A DNA stretch of 64,000 nucleotides from an uncultured Actinomycetes bacterium (GTDB lineage: Bacteria; Actinomycetota; Thermoleophilia; RBG-16-64-13): the NCBI GenBank assembly GCA_963775295.1, contig CAVZIK010000006.1:1887602-1951601 (forward strand), given 5' to 3'. Position 1 is the stretch's first letter. Every line of letters starts with the position of its first letter. The position numbers and the translations under genes are program-made. Shown piece after piece: positions 55,761-64,000 of this stretch. Below the pieces are notes generated by a model. That model did not search any database, was not told the DNA's origin, and saw only the letters and a list, made by a program, of their open reading frames with translations.

Positions 55761-57335
55761 ATGTCTTCGACCGAGGGTCGTCGAAATATCGGTAAGCCGG
55801 TCGTCTTTTTTGATACTACGCTCCGCGACGGGGAACAGTCGCCCGGAAGCAGCTTGAACGCCTCTGAGAAGCTGGAGATCGCGCAGCAACTCGCACGCCT
55901 ACACGTCGATGTGATCGAGGCCGGTTTTCCGGCCAGCAGCCCGGGCGACTTCGAGGCCGTCCGCGCCATCGCTCGCGAGGTCAAAGGTCCAGTCATCTGC
56001 GGGCTGGCGCGCTGCACCGACGGCGACATTCGCAGCTGCTGGGATGCCATCAAGGACGCTGAACGTCCGCGCATCCATACGTTCGTCTCCACGTCCGACA
56101 TCCACCTGGAGCACCAGATGCACGCCAGCCGCGCGGACGTATTGAAACTAACGAAGGATATGGTCGAGCTTTGCGTGTCCCTCTGCCCCGGAGATGTGGA
56201 GTTTTCCGCCATGGACGCCACTCGGTCGGACGTAGACTTTCTGGCGGCTGTTCTGGAGACGGCCATCCAGGCTGGAGCCACGACGGTCAACGTGCCCGAC
56301 ACCGTTGGCTACACGCTTCCTACGGAGTACGCCGCGCTCATGGATCGCCTCTACGAAAAGACGCCCAGTCTGGGTAAAGTCACCCTGAGTGTGCACTGCC
56401 ACAACGACCTGGGCGTAGCCACGGCCAACTCGCTTGCCGCGGTGGAGCGCGGCGCCACTCAAGTGGAGGTGGCCATCAACGGCCTTGGCGAAAGAGCCGG
56501 CAACGCCGCTCTCGAGGAGATTGCAATGGCCCTGGTGACGCGGCAGGACATCCTCAACAGGCCGTGCAACATCGTCACCACCGAGATCTCCCGAGCCAGC
56601 CGCATGGTCTCGAGCTTTACCGGACACATGGTCCAAGCCAACAAGGCCGTGGTTGGCAAGAATGCCTTCGCACATGAATCCGGGATCCATCAGGATGGGG
56701 TCCTGAAGGAGCCTTCCACCTACGAGATCATGCATGCGAAGGACATCGGGCTCATCGATTCGGACATCGTGCTCGGCAAACATTCCGGCCGACATGCGTT
56801 GCGCTCGCATCTGGCCGAGCTGGGCATCCACATGGACGAGGCCGATTTGGACGAGGCCTTCCGGCGCTTCAAACTGATCGCCGACAGGAAGAAAGAAGTT
56901 ACCACCGCCGATCTGGAGGCTCTCGCGGGGGAGGAGATTCGGGAGCGCGAGGACGTCTACTCGCTGGAACGTTTCTACGTTTCTGCCGGCACCGATATCA
57001 TCTCCTCTACGCAGGTAGGAGTGCGTCAGAAGGGCGAGCCCGAGACTGGAAAAGCCTTTTCGGGCGGCTCTGTGGAATCGATCTTTATGGCCATCGACGA
57101 TGCGGTGGGCGTGAACGGGAAGCTCATGGACTATCAGGTCCGTTCCATAACCTCGGGCAAGGACTCTTTGGGCGAGGTGAGGGTTGTGGTTGAGGTGGAT
57201 GGCAAGCGCTACGCCGGTCGAGCGGTGGCGATAGACGTCCTGGAAGCGTCGGCCAAAGCTTATGTACGGGCAATGAACAACGTTGCAATGAAGCGGGAAG
57301 CGGGGGGCGCCCGCACGAACCGGGTCTACTTGTAG
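55761..57335 (+). CDS. leuA: 2-isopropylmalate synthase (short bacterial form, LeuA/CimA family)
   Basis: DTTLRDGEQSPG … HCHNDLG … a C-terminal LeuA-dimer regulatory domain. 524 aa. Preceded by the Leu leader peptide. Confidence 0.85.
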   Translation: MSSTEGRRNIGKPVVFFDTTLRDGEQSPGSSLNASEKLEIAQQLARLHVDVIEAGFPASSPGDFEAVRAIAREVKGPVICGLARCTDGDIRSCWDAIKDAERPRIHTFVSTSDIHLEHQMHASRADVLKLTKDMVELCVSLCPGDVEFSAMDATRSDVDFLAAVLETAIQAGATTVNVPDTVGYTLPTEYAALMDRLYEKTPSLGKVTLSVHCHNDLGVATANSLAAVERGATQVEVAINGLGERAGNAALEEIAMALVTRQDILNRPCNIVTTEISRASRMVSSFTGHMVQANKAVVGKNAFAHESGIHQDGVLKEPSTYEIMHAKDIGLIDSDIVLGKHSGRHALRSHLAELGIHMDEADLDEAFRRFKLIADRKKEVTTADLEALAGEEIREREDVYSLERFYVSAGTDIISSTQVGVRQKGEPETGKAFSGGSVESIFMAIDDAVGVNGKLMDYQVRSITSGKDSLGEVRVVVEVDGKRYAGRAVAIDVLEASAKAYVRAMNNVAMKREAGGARTNRVYL

Positions 57336-57390
57336 TTCGGCCGGCCGTCACGGCTGCGCGGGACAGAAGACGAGGAAAGGTGCGATCCCG

Positions 57391-60123
57391 ATGGTGAAGA
57401 CATTCGGCAGCGGCCCCTTCGACGCTTGGACCACTATCGACCTTTCCGGCGGACCCTGCTGGATCGCCGGGTTGCAGGCCTTGACCAAAAACACCGGCCG
57501 CGAGCTCGGGCGGCTCCCGTACTCTATCCGGGTGCTCTTAGAGAACGCCCTCCGCCAATGCGGGCGCGGCGTTGTTGAAGAGCGTGATGTCCTGGCCCTA
57601 CTCGACTGGGACGCCACGGCAGTGGGACGTCCTGAACTGGCCTTCATGCCCTCGCGGGTATTACTCCAAGATTTCACCGGAGTGCCCTGCGTGGTGGACC
57701 TTGCCGCTCTCCGCGCGGCGGTGGCTCGGACCGGCGGCGATCCCACGGTCATCAATCCTCGCGTCCCTGTGGATCTGGTTATCGATCATTCCGTCCAGGT
57801 GGACTACGCCGGCACGCCGGACGCATGCGCGCGAAATATGGCCCGGGAGATGAAGCGTAACACCGAGCGCTACTCGTTACTTCGCTGGGCGCAGGGCGAG
57901 TTCGACAATCTGCGTGTGTTACCGCCCGGCACCGGCATCTGTCACCAGGTCAATCTGGAGTACCTGGCCGAAGTGGTGCGCCGGGGCCCGGCCGCCGGCG
58001 CCGAGCCATGCGCTCCGGAAGAGCAGTGGGCCTACCCCGACACGGTCATTGGTACGGACTCGCACACCACCATGATCAACGGCTTGGGAGTGCTCGGATG
58101 GGGTGTGGGGGGCATCGAGGCCGAGGCGGTCATGTTGGGGCAGCCCTACTTCATGCTGATCCCCCAGGTGGTTGGGGTCCGTCTTGTAGGGGCCCTCACG
58201 GGACAAGCAGGCGCCACCGATCTCGTTCTCACTTTGACCGAGTTGCTGCGGGGCCTGGGTGTTGTGGGGCGCTTCGTGGAATACTTCGGCCCGGGCGCCC
58301 GGGGTCTCACGCCTGCCGATCGGGCTACGGTGGCCAACATGGCGCCGGAGTACGGGGCCACCTGTGGCTACTTCCCAGTGGACGAGCAGACTGTGGCATA
58401 TCTGGCAGCTACCGGGCGTCCTCAGGAACTGTGCTCTCGTGTCGACGCCTACTGCCGTGCTCAGCGTCTACTTTGGGATTCGGGCGCGGCCGCCCCGGAA
58501 TACTCGTGGGTGATCGAACTCGATCTGGCGGACGTGAAGCCGAGTCTCGCCGGTCCCCGCCGTCCCCAGGAGAGGACTCGCCTCGAGAAGCTTCCTGAGA
58601 ACTTCCGTCGTCATCTACCCGGGTTGGCGAACGGCAGGCGGAGCATACATAAGGCTAAGGTAGAGCTTGATAGCAAGCGCGAATTGATCCACGACGGCGA
58701 CGTCGTCATCGCCGCCATCACGAGTTGTACGAACACCTCGAATCCTGCCTTGATGTTGGCTGCCGGTCTTGTAGCGCGCAACGCTCTCAGGTTGGGGCTC
58801 ATGCCCCCGAGTTGGGTCAAGACCAGTCTGGCGCCGGGATCACGGGCCGTGACCGGCTATCTGGCTGCGGCCGGACTGCTGGAACCTCTGGAAGCGCTAG
58901 GATTCTCGCTCGTCGGATATGGCTGCGCTACCTGCATCGGCAATAGCGGACCGCTACCCGAAAATCTCGTCGAGGCCATAAAGGAAGAGGGTCTGGTCGT
59001 TGCAGCCGTGCTCAGCGGCAACCGCAACTTCGAGGCGCGCATCCACCCATCGGTGAGGGCAAACTACCTCGCTTCGCCGGCACTTGTCGTTGCCTACGCC
59101 CTGGCCGGGACTGTGAACATCGACCTCACGTGCGAGCCCCTGGGGACGCGTGCGGACGGCAGGCCCGTGTACCTTAAGGATGTCTGGCCCGCGCCGGAGG
59201 AACTGGCCCAACTCGTGCCTGAGGCGCTGAGTCCGGGACTGTTCTTGATGGAGTACGCCGAGGCCCTCAGGGGCACCAAGGCTTGGCAGAAGATGACCGT
59301 GCCGGAGGGTGCGCTGTACCAATGGGACGCTGAATCGACTTACGTGAAGGAGCCGCCTTTCCTCACCGCCTTCACCGCCGCCCCCGGGGCCCCTGGTGAT
59401 GTTCGGGGGGCGCGAATATTGGCCATCCTCGGCGATTCCGTGACGACAGACCATATCTCTCCAGCGGGTGCGATCGCCCTGGATTCCCCCGCCGGTCGCT
59501 TTCTAAAGGAGCACGGGGTGAAGCGGGCCGAATTCAACACCTACGGGGCCCGGCGCGGCAACCACGAAGTGCTGCTACGGGGCACCTTCGCCAACGTTCG
59601 GTTGCGAAACCTGATGGCAGAGGGTCGGGAGGGCGGCTGGACAAAGCACCATCCGTCGGGTGAGATCCTGCCCATCTATGACGCCGCCACGCGTTACGCG
59701 GCGGAGAAGGTACCGCTGGTTGTCTTCGCGGGGCGGGAATACGGCACGGGCAGTTCGCGAGACTGGGCGGCCAAGGGTACGGCCTTGCTGGGCATCCGCG
59801 CGGTGATCGCGGAGAGCTTCGAGCGCATTCACCGAAGCAACCTGGTGGGGATGGGCGTCCTGCCCTTGGAACTGGCTCTGGACGTGACTATCGAGAGTCT
59901 GTGTCTGGACGGTTCGGAGACTGTCGACATCACGGGCATTGCGACCGACGTGCATGCTGGGGCCGAGGTCGCGGTGACGATCCGCCGGGCGACTGGGGAG
60001 CATCTCTCCCTGTCCTGCCGGGCTCGCCTCGACTCCACCACCGATGTCGAGTACTACCAACATGGCGGTGTGTTACCCCGCGTCCTCCGTCTGCAACTGG
60101 ACCACCTCGCCTGTCAAATCTAG
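57391..60123 (+). CDS. acnA: Aconitate hydratase A (AcnA/IRP type)
   Basis: 910 aa. ICHQVNLEYL, the SCTN…CTCIGNSG Fe-S ligand context and a swivel domain. Confidence 0.9.
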   Translation: MVKTFGSGPFDAWTTIDLSGGPCWIAGLQALTKNTGRELGRLPYSIRVLLENALRQCGRGVVEERDVLALLDWDATAVGRPELAFMPSRVLLQDFTGVPCVVDLAALRAAVARTGGDPTVINPRVPVDLVIDHSVQVDYAGTPDACARNMAREMKRNTERYSLLRWAQGEFDNLRVLPPGTGICHQVNLEYLAEVVRRGPAAGAEPCAPEEQWAYPDTVIGTDSHTTMINGLGVLGWGVGGIEAEAVMLGQPYFMLIPQVVGVRLVGALTGQAGATDLVLTLTELLRGLGVVGRFVEYFGPGARGLTPADRATVANMAPEYGATCGYFPVDEQTVAYLAATGRPQELCSRVDAYCRAQRLLWDSGAAAPEYSWVIELDLADVKPSLAGPRRPQERTRLEKLPENFRRHLPGLANGRRSIHKAKVELDSKRELIHDGDVVIAAITSCTNTSNPALMLAAGLVARNALRLGLMPPSWVKTSLAPGSRAVTGYLAAAGLLEPLEALGFSLVGYGCATCIGNSGPLPENLVEAIKEEGLVVAAVLSGNRNFEARIHPSVRANYLASPALVVAYALAGTVNIDLTCEPLGTRADGRPVYLKDVWPAPEELAQLVPEALSPGLFLMEYAEALRGTKAWQKMTVPEGALYQWDAESTYVKEPPFLTAFTAAPGAPGDVRGARILAILGDSVTTDHISPAGAIALDSPAGRFLKEHGVKRAEFNTYGARRGNHEVLLRGTFANVRLRNLMAEGREGGWTKHHPSGEILPIYDAATRYAAEKVPLVVFAGREYGTGSSRDWAAKGTALLGIRAVIAESFERIHRSNLVGMGVLPLELALDVTIESLCLDGSETVDITGIATDVHAGAEVAVTIRRATGEHLSLSCRARLDSTTDVEYYQHGGVLPRVLRLQLDHLACQI

Positions 60124-60140
60124 CCCTTAGGGAGGCCGAA

Positions 60141-61298
60141 TTGGATATCTCCAAACCACGATATCGGGTCGTGGGCGAACGACGGCGCTTTGACGAACGG
60201 GACAACGTGCAGTCCCGTAACACGTTGGAGCCGGACAGCCCGGAGTACGAGGGCTTCTACGCCCTTCACCCCGAATGGAAGGAGAAGGACGACGCCATCC
60301 GAGCGCTTCCAGGCATGGGTCATGTGGGGAGCCCCTTGGATCTTCCGTTCCTCGGCGTGCAGTACGAGTTTCTGGCCAGCCTCGGCATGTCCGACCGGGT
60401 CGACGGTCCGGTCGCGCCGGTGAAACAAGAGATCTCTCCGGAGCGGGCGGCCGAGAAGGTCAAGGGCTTCGCCAAGCATCTCGGCGCGGATCTCGTCCGG
60501 ATCGGGCCACTCAACCCTCTCTATGTCTACACGAATATCGGTAAGACCTGGCACGATTCGGCGCGTTCCTTCGGTCAACCCATTGAGTGTGTGCACAAGA
60601 GTGCCGTCAGTGTGGCGGTGGGCATCAATCCCCGGATGATCGAGACGGGACCCATCCTTCCGGAAGTAGTCGAGATCATGCGCGTATACGTCAAGTTGGC
60701 GAGCATCGCCGTGCAACTCGCGGGGTACATCCGCGCGCTTGGCTATCCCGCCCGGGCGAACGTCATGCCGAACTACGAAGTACTGGCTATACCTATCGCT
60801 ATCGATGCTGGCATGGGGGAACTGGGGCGACACGGGATCATGATCACCAAGGAGTTGGGAAGCGCCCTCAAGTTGGCCACCATTACCACGGATCTACCCC
60901 TCGCCTATGACTCGCCCCGGGACATCGGTGTGGAGGAGTTCTGCAAGGACTGCAAGATCTGTGCGGAGACTTGTCCCAGCGGTGCTATCAGTCAGGGAGC
61001 TCCCAAGGAACTACGGGGGGTCCAGCGCTGGTCTATCAACCCGGAAGCCTGTTTCTCGGTGTGGAACGACACCGGCACGGATTGCGGAGTTTGCGTCGCA
61101 AGCTGTCCCTGGACCAACCCGCGTACGCGCTTTCACCGCCTGATGGTGGAGGTTGCTTCGAGGAAACGCAAGGCCGGTTGGTGGATGAGTCTCGCCGACA
61201 AAGTCTTCTACGGAAAATTCAAGATGAGACGGCAGCCTCCCTGGTTCGAGGAGCCGGACCCGGGCTGGAAGAAATACAGGAGACTGGTTAGCAAATGA
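60141..61298 (+). CDS. Cobalamin-dependent 2x[4Fe-4S] oxidoreductase of the QueG / reductive-dehalogenase superfamily (epoxyqueuosine-reductase-like)
   Basis: GMGELGRHGIMITKELGS…DLPL. CKDCKICAETCPSGAI. CFSVWND. CGVCVASCPW. These parallel the QueG motifs. The TTG start has a GGGAGG RBS. Its stop overlaps the uppP start (ATGA). Confidence 0.55.
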   Translation: MDISKPRYRVVGERRRFDERDNVQSRNTLEPDSPEYEGFYALHPEWKEKDDAIRALPGMGHVGSPLDLPFLGVQYEFLASLGMSDRVDGPVAPVKQEISPERAAEKVKGFAKHLGADLVRIGPLNPLYVYTNIGKTWHDSARSFGQPIECVHKSAVSVAVGINPRMIETGPILPEVVEIMRVYVKLASIAVQLAGYIRALGYPARANVMPNYEVLAIPIAIDAGMGELGRHGIMITKELGSALKLATITTDLPLAYDSPRDIGVEEFCKDCKICAETCPSGAISQGAPKELRGVQRWSINPEACFSVWNDTGTDCGVCVASCPWTNPRTRFHRLMVEVASRKRKAGWWMSLADKVFYGKFKMRRQPPWFEEPDPGWKKYRRLVSK

Positions 61299-62143
61299 CA
61301 CTCATTCAGGCCACCATTCTCGGACTCGTCCAAGGGCTCACCGAGTTTCTGCCCGTTTCGAGCTCCGCACACCTCCTCATCGTGCCGTGGCTTTTCGGAT
61401 GGCACCTCACCATGTCCATCGACCTCGAGAAGACTTTCGACGTGGCCTTGCACCTGGGGACGTTCATCTCCATCGTGGTGCTCATGCGACGGGACATCTG
61501 GAAGGTCCTGAAGGCATTCTTCGGCAGCATTTGGCGGCGCAAGATTGAGAGCGCCGAGGAGAAGCTGGCCTGGCTCCTTCTAATCAGCACCATCCCGGCT
61601 GGGCTCGTCGGCGTGGCTTTCGAGAGCTTCATCGAGGACAAGTTGGGGCAGCCTTGGCTCATCGGGATTCTCATCATCGCCTTCGGTTTCGTCCTGTGGG
61701 CCGTGGACTCGCTCGCTGCCCGCAAGAAGGATCTGGGCTCTCTGCATTGGTATCATGCCCTCTTCATCGGGGTCGCGCAGGCTCTTGCCCTGGCCCCAGG
61801 CGTGTCGCGCTCCGGAGTCACCCTCAGTGCCCTCAGGGGTCTGAAGATAAGCCGCGAAGAGGCCGTGCGATACTCCTTCCTGCTCACCGTTCCCATCATC
61901 GGCGGGAGCGCCGTGTACAAAGGTCTCAAAGTGGCGTCGAACGGGGGACTTCCGGCGGGGACGGGGATGCCCTTCCTGCTGGGGACCATCACGGCAGCCA
62001 TCAGCGGGTTTGTGGCTGCTTGGTTCCTTCTGCGCTATGTGCGCAGCCATTCCTTGCGGCCGTTCGTCTGGTACCGCTTCGCGTTTGGCGTGCTGGTGCT
62101 GGCGCTCATCATCGCCGGGTTGCGGACGGCGGGAATCGCCTGA
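61295..62143 (+). CDS. uppP: Undecaprenyl-diphosphate phosphatase (UppP/BacA)
   Basis: LVQGLTEFLPVSSSAHL and the downstream PGVSRSG motifs. 8 TM. Confidence 0.9.
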   Translation: MTLIQATILGLVQGLTEFLPVSSSAHLLIVPWLFGWHLTMSIDLEKTFDVALHLGTFISIVVLMRRDIWKVLKAFFGSIWRRKIESAEEKLAWLLLISTIPAGLVGVAFESFIEDKLGQPWLIGILIIAFGFVLWAVDSLAARKKDLGSLHWYHALFIGVAQALALAPGVSRSGVTLSALRGLKISREEAVRYSFLLTVPIIGGSAVYKGLKVASNGGLPAGTGMPFLLGTITAAISGFVAAWFLLRYVRSHSLRPFVWYRFAFGVLVLALIIAGLRTAGIA

Positions 62144-62145
62144 CC

Positions 62146-63963
62146 CTACCAGGGCTGCTCCACGATCTCGTCGACCGGGATTCTTCCGCGGACAGAGTTC
62201 CCGAGGACGACTTCATCGGCCGCAACGAGGTCGTCGAGGGTAAGGGAGCGCTCCACCGCCCGAGTCTCCCGCATGAAGCGGGCCCTCCATATACCAGGAA
62301 GAAGACCATCGGACACCGGGGGGGTGACCCAGGTCGTACCGAAGCGTGCGAACAGGTTGGTGATCGCCCCCTCGGTCACGTGGTCGCGTCCGTTGAGAAA
62401 GACGGCGTCGAAGAATCCCAGTTTCGCCGCGCGCGCGTGCTCGCGATCGTAGAGAGGTCTATCGGCCGCCTTGTGCTGGAGGTGGTCGTCTTTTGATTCC
62501 ACGCGAAAGGGAGAGAGCAGCACCCTGACGGGCGCAGCGGGTGGGTCCGGAAGCGCCCTGGTCTTCAGACTCATCTGGCCGGAGGTCTGCAGGTCTAAAC
62601 GGACCACGGCGGTCTCGGAGTGGGCAAGCGCGAGTGAAGCCAATTGGGCCCGGGCCGTTTCAAGGGCGAAAGGGATACCAAGCGCGACCGCAGAGCAAGT
62701 CATGCGCTCGAGATGCTCCTCGGCCAAGGGGTAACGAGCCAGAGGGGTCGCAGGCGCATCGACGTCGACTGCGGTCAGCAGCATGGTCTCGAAGATCCCG
62801 GTGACGGGTCCGAGGCCGGCTCGTCCGGTGCTTGTAGAGAAGTCATCACGGAAGACGAAGGCCGCCTTCGTCAAGGTTTCGTCGTATTCTTCCTGAGCGT
62901 CGGAGTTCCACACGACGCCGGAGCCGACTCCGAGCAAGCATCGCCCCTGCTCGTGAGCTACCGTGCGAATCGCCAGGTTGCAGGTGAAGTCTCCTCCCGG
63001 CAGAAAGAGGGCCACGGTGCCTGTGTACGCGCCACGCGGCTCCGATTCGAGGTCACGGATGATCTCCATGGTGTGATGCTTCGGCGCTCCCGTCACCGAT
63101 GCGCCTGGAAACGTGGCCTTCATGACGTCGAGCAAGCTTGTGCCGGGATTGAGATCGCCAACGACAGTACTTGCCATTTGCCACACCGTCCCATAGGGTT
63201 CTAGGGCGAACAGGGCGGGCACATGGACACTTCCCGTGCGGCAGACCCGCCCGAGGTCATTGCGCACCATGTCGACAATCATGAGGTTCTCAGCGCGGTC
63301 CTTCTCCGACCCCACGAGTTCGTAGGCGAGATCAACATCCTGGGAGCGGGTGGCGCCTCTCGGGCGGGTGCCCTTCATCGGCCGACTTTCCAGACGGTCG
63401 CCTCGGCGGCGAAGGAACAATTCGGGAGAGAGGGAGATCACTTGGAGAGGCCCCAGATCGAGAAAGGCCGCGTAAGGGACGGGATGCCCCGCCGCGCGGG
63501 CGAGAAAGTAGTCCGTGGGGTCCAAGCCCAGATCGAAACGGGCGCGCACGGTGTAATTGACCTGGTATGTGTCTCCTGCGGCGATGAGCGCGCGGACTTT
63601 GGCGATAGAGGCGCAGTACTCCGTTTGACTCTCGTTCAGGGTCAGAGCGGCTTGCGACGACGGCAGCGCGGCCACGGAGCCCGCGGGAACCGGCAATGCC
63701 GACTCTCGTACCGTTCCTCCCTCGTAGATTCCCATCCAGGCGAGGGGCAGACAGTCGGGAGTCAAGCGCTCGGAACAAGCCGTGGTGCGTGTGGTCTTGG
63801 TCGCCAACCCAAACGCGGCCCCGGCTTCGTAGGCAAGGTACCCGACGACGTAGAGACCTCGTCTCTGGGCGGCTTCCACGGATTCTATGAGGTTAGGGAC
63901 CTCCTCCGCCGTACGAGCTACGAGCACTTGCTTGGGTCGACTCAGCACCAGCGTGGGCTGCAC
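62146..63963 (-). CDS. pabBC: Aminodeoxychorismate synthase component I fused to aminodeoxychorismate lyase (PabB-PabC fusion)
   Basis: N-terminal chorismate-binding domain (…GSPE…RGxYxG…). C-terminal class-IV aminotransferase-like PabC domain (…GAITNLF…). Confidence 0.8.
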   Translation of the reverse strand: MQPTLVLSRPKQVLVARTAEEVPNLIESVEAAQRRGLYVVGYLAYEAGAAFGLATKTTRTTACSERLTPDCLPLAWMGIYEGGTVRESALPVPAGSVAALPSSQAALTLNESQTEYCASIAKVRALIAAGDTYQVNYTVRARFDLGLDPTDYFLARAAGHPVPYAAFLDLGPLQVISLSPELFLRRRGDRLESRPMKGTRPRGATRSQDVDLAYELVGSEKDRAENLMIVDMVRNDLGRVCRTGSVHVPALFALEPYGTVWQMASTVVGDLNPGTSLLDVMKATFPGASVTGAPKHHTMEIIRDLESEPRGAYTGTVALFLPGGDFTCNLAIRTVAHEQGRCLLGVGSGVVWNSDAQEEYDETLTKAAFVFRDDFSTSTGRAGLGPVTGIFETMLLTAVDVDAPATPLARYPLAEEHLERMTCSAVALGIPFALETARAQLASLALAHSETAVVRLDLQTSGQMSLKTRALPDPPAAPVRVLLSPFRVESKDDHLQHKAADRPLYDREHARAAKLGFFDAVFLNGRDHVTEGAITNLFARFGTTWVTPPVSDGLLPGIWRARFMRETRAVERSLTLDDLVAADEVVLGNSVRGRIPVDEIVEQPW

Positions 63964-64000
63964 GCCGCCGCCCGCCCGGGCCGGGCGCGGCGGCAGCCAG

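Noticed and set aside
1-64000. Scanned for CRISPR arrays, tRNA/rRNA genes, transposases or integrases and phage structural genes
   Set aside because: No spaced direct-repeat arrays. No tRNA-like T-arm or anticodon-arm signatures found by eye. No DDE or tyrosine-recombinase motifs among the ORFs. By-eye tRNA detection is unreliable, so a tRNAscan run is advised.

Overview
This is a high-GC (~65-68%) bacterial chromosomal segment. The Cheo-type SOS boxes, SLH-domain remnants, a TTG start and a near-leaderless promoter fit an Actinobacteria- or Chloroflexi-like organism. I call about 55 genes and find no rRNA, tRNA, CRISPR array, transposase or integrase.

Gene content by block:
- **1-11.5 kb:** a divergent etfBA / GlcD-GlcF-GlcD-like oxidase cluster, followed by an SDR, a PrpD-family protein and a membrane-anchored HdrD-like Fe-S protein.
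- **11.5-15.8 kb:** a TRAP transporter (dctPQM) and a tandem universal stress protein.
- **15.9-20.6 kb:** a LexA-box-controlled dnaE2 (error-prone polymerase) carrying unusual in-frame AT-rich insert motifs.
- **20.8-35.8 kb:** an HATPase-GGDEF-EAL protein, PutA, a hybrid sensor kinase, a PAP2 phosphatase and a chagasin-type inhibitor.
- **36-42.8 kb:** a WecA/MraY-like glycosyltransferase divergent from a radical SAM gene, a MazEF-like toxin-antitoxin pair, a CDF transporter and a reverse rubrerythrin, a thioredoxin-fold gene with an in-frame TGA at the CxxC position (candidate selenoprotein), and an NYN/OST-HTH protein.
- **43-48.6 kb:** a cbb3-type oxidase with a fused CcoO-CcoP-like cytochrome and six unannotatable small membrane ORFs.
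- **48.6-55.4 kb:** HgdAB-like dehydratase subunits with no activator, two tandem CoA-transferase AB pairs and a nitrilase.
- **55.5-64 kb:** a Leu-rich leader peptide upstream of leuA, then acnA, a QueG/RdhA-like cobalamin Fe-S protein, uppP and a PabB-PabC fusion.

All coordinates are ±1-3 nt where start codons were re-picked by eye.
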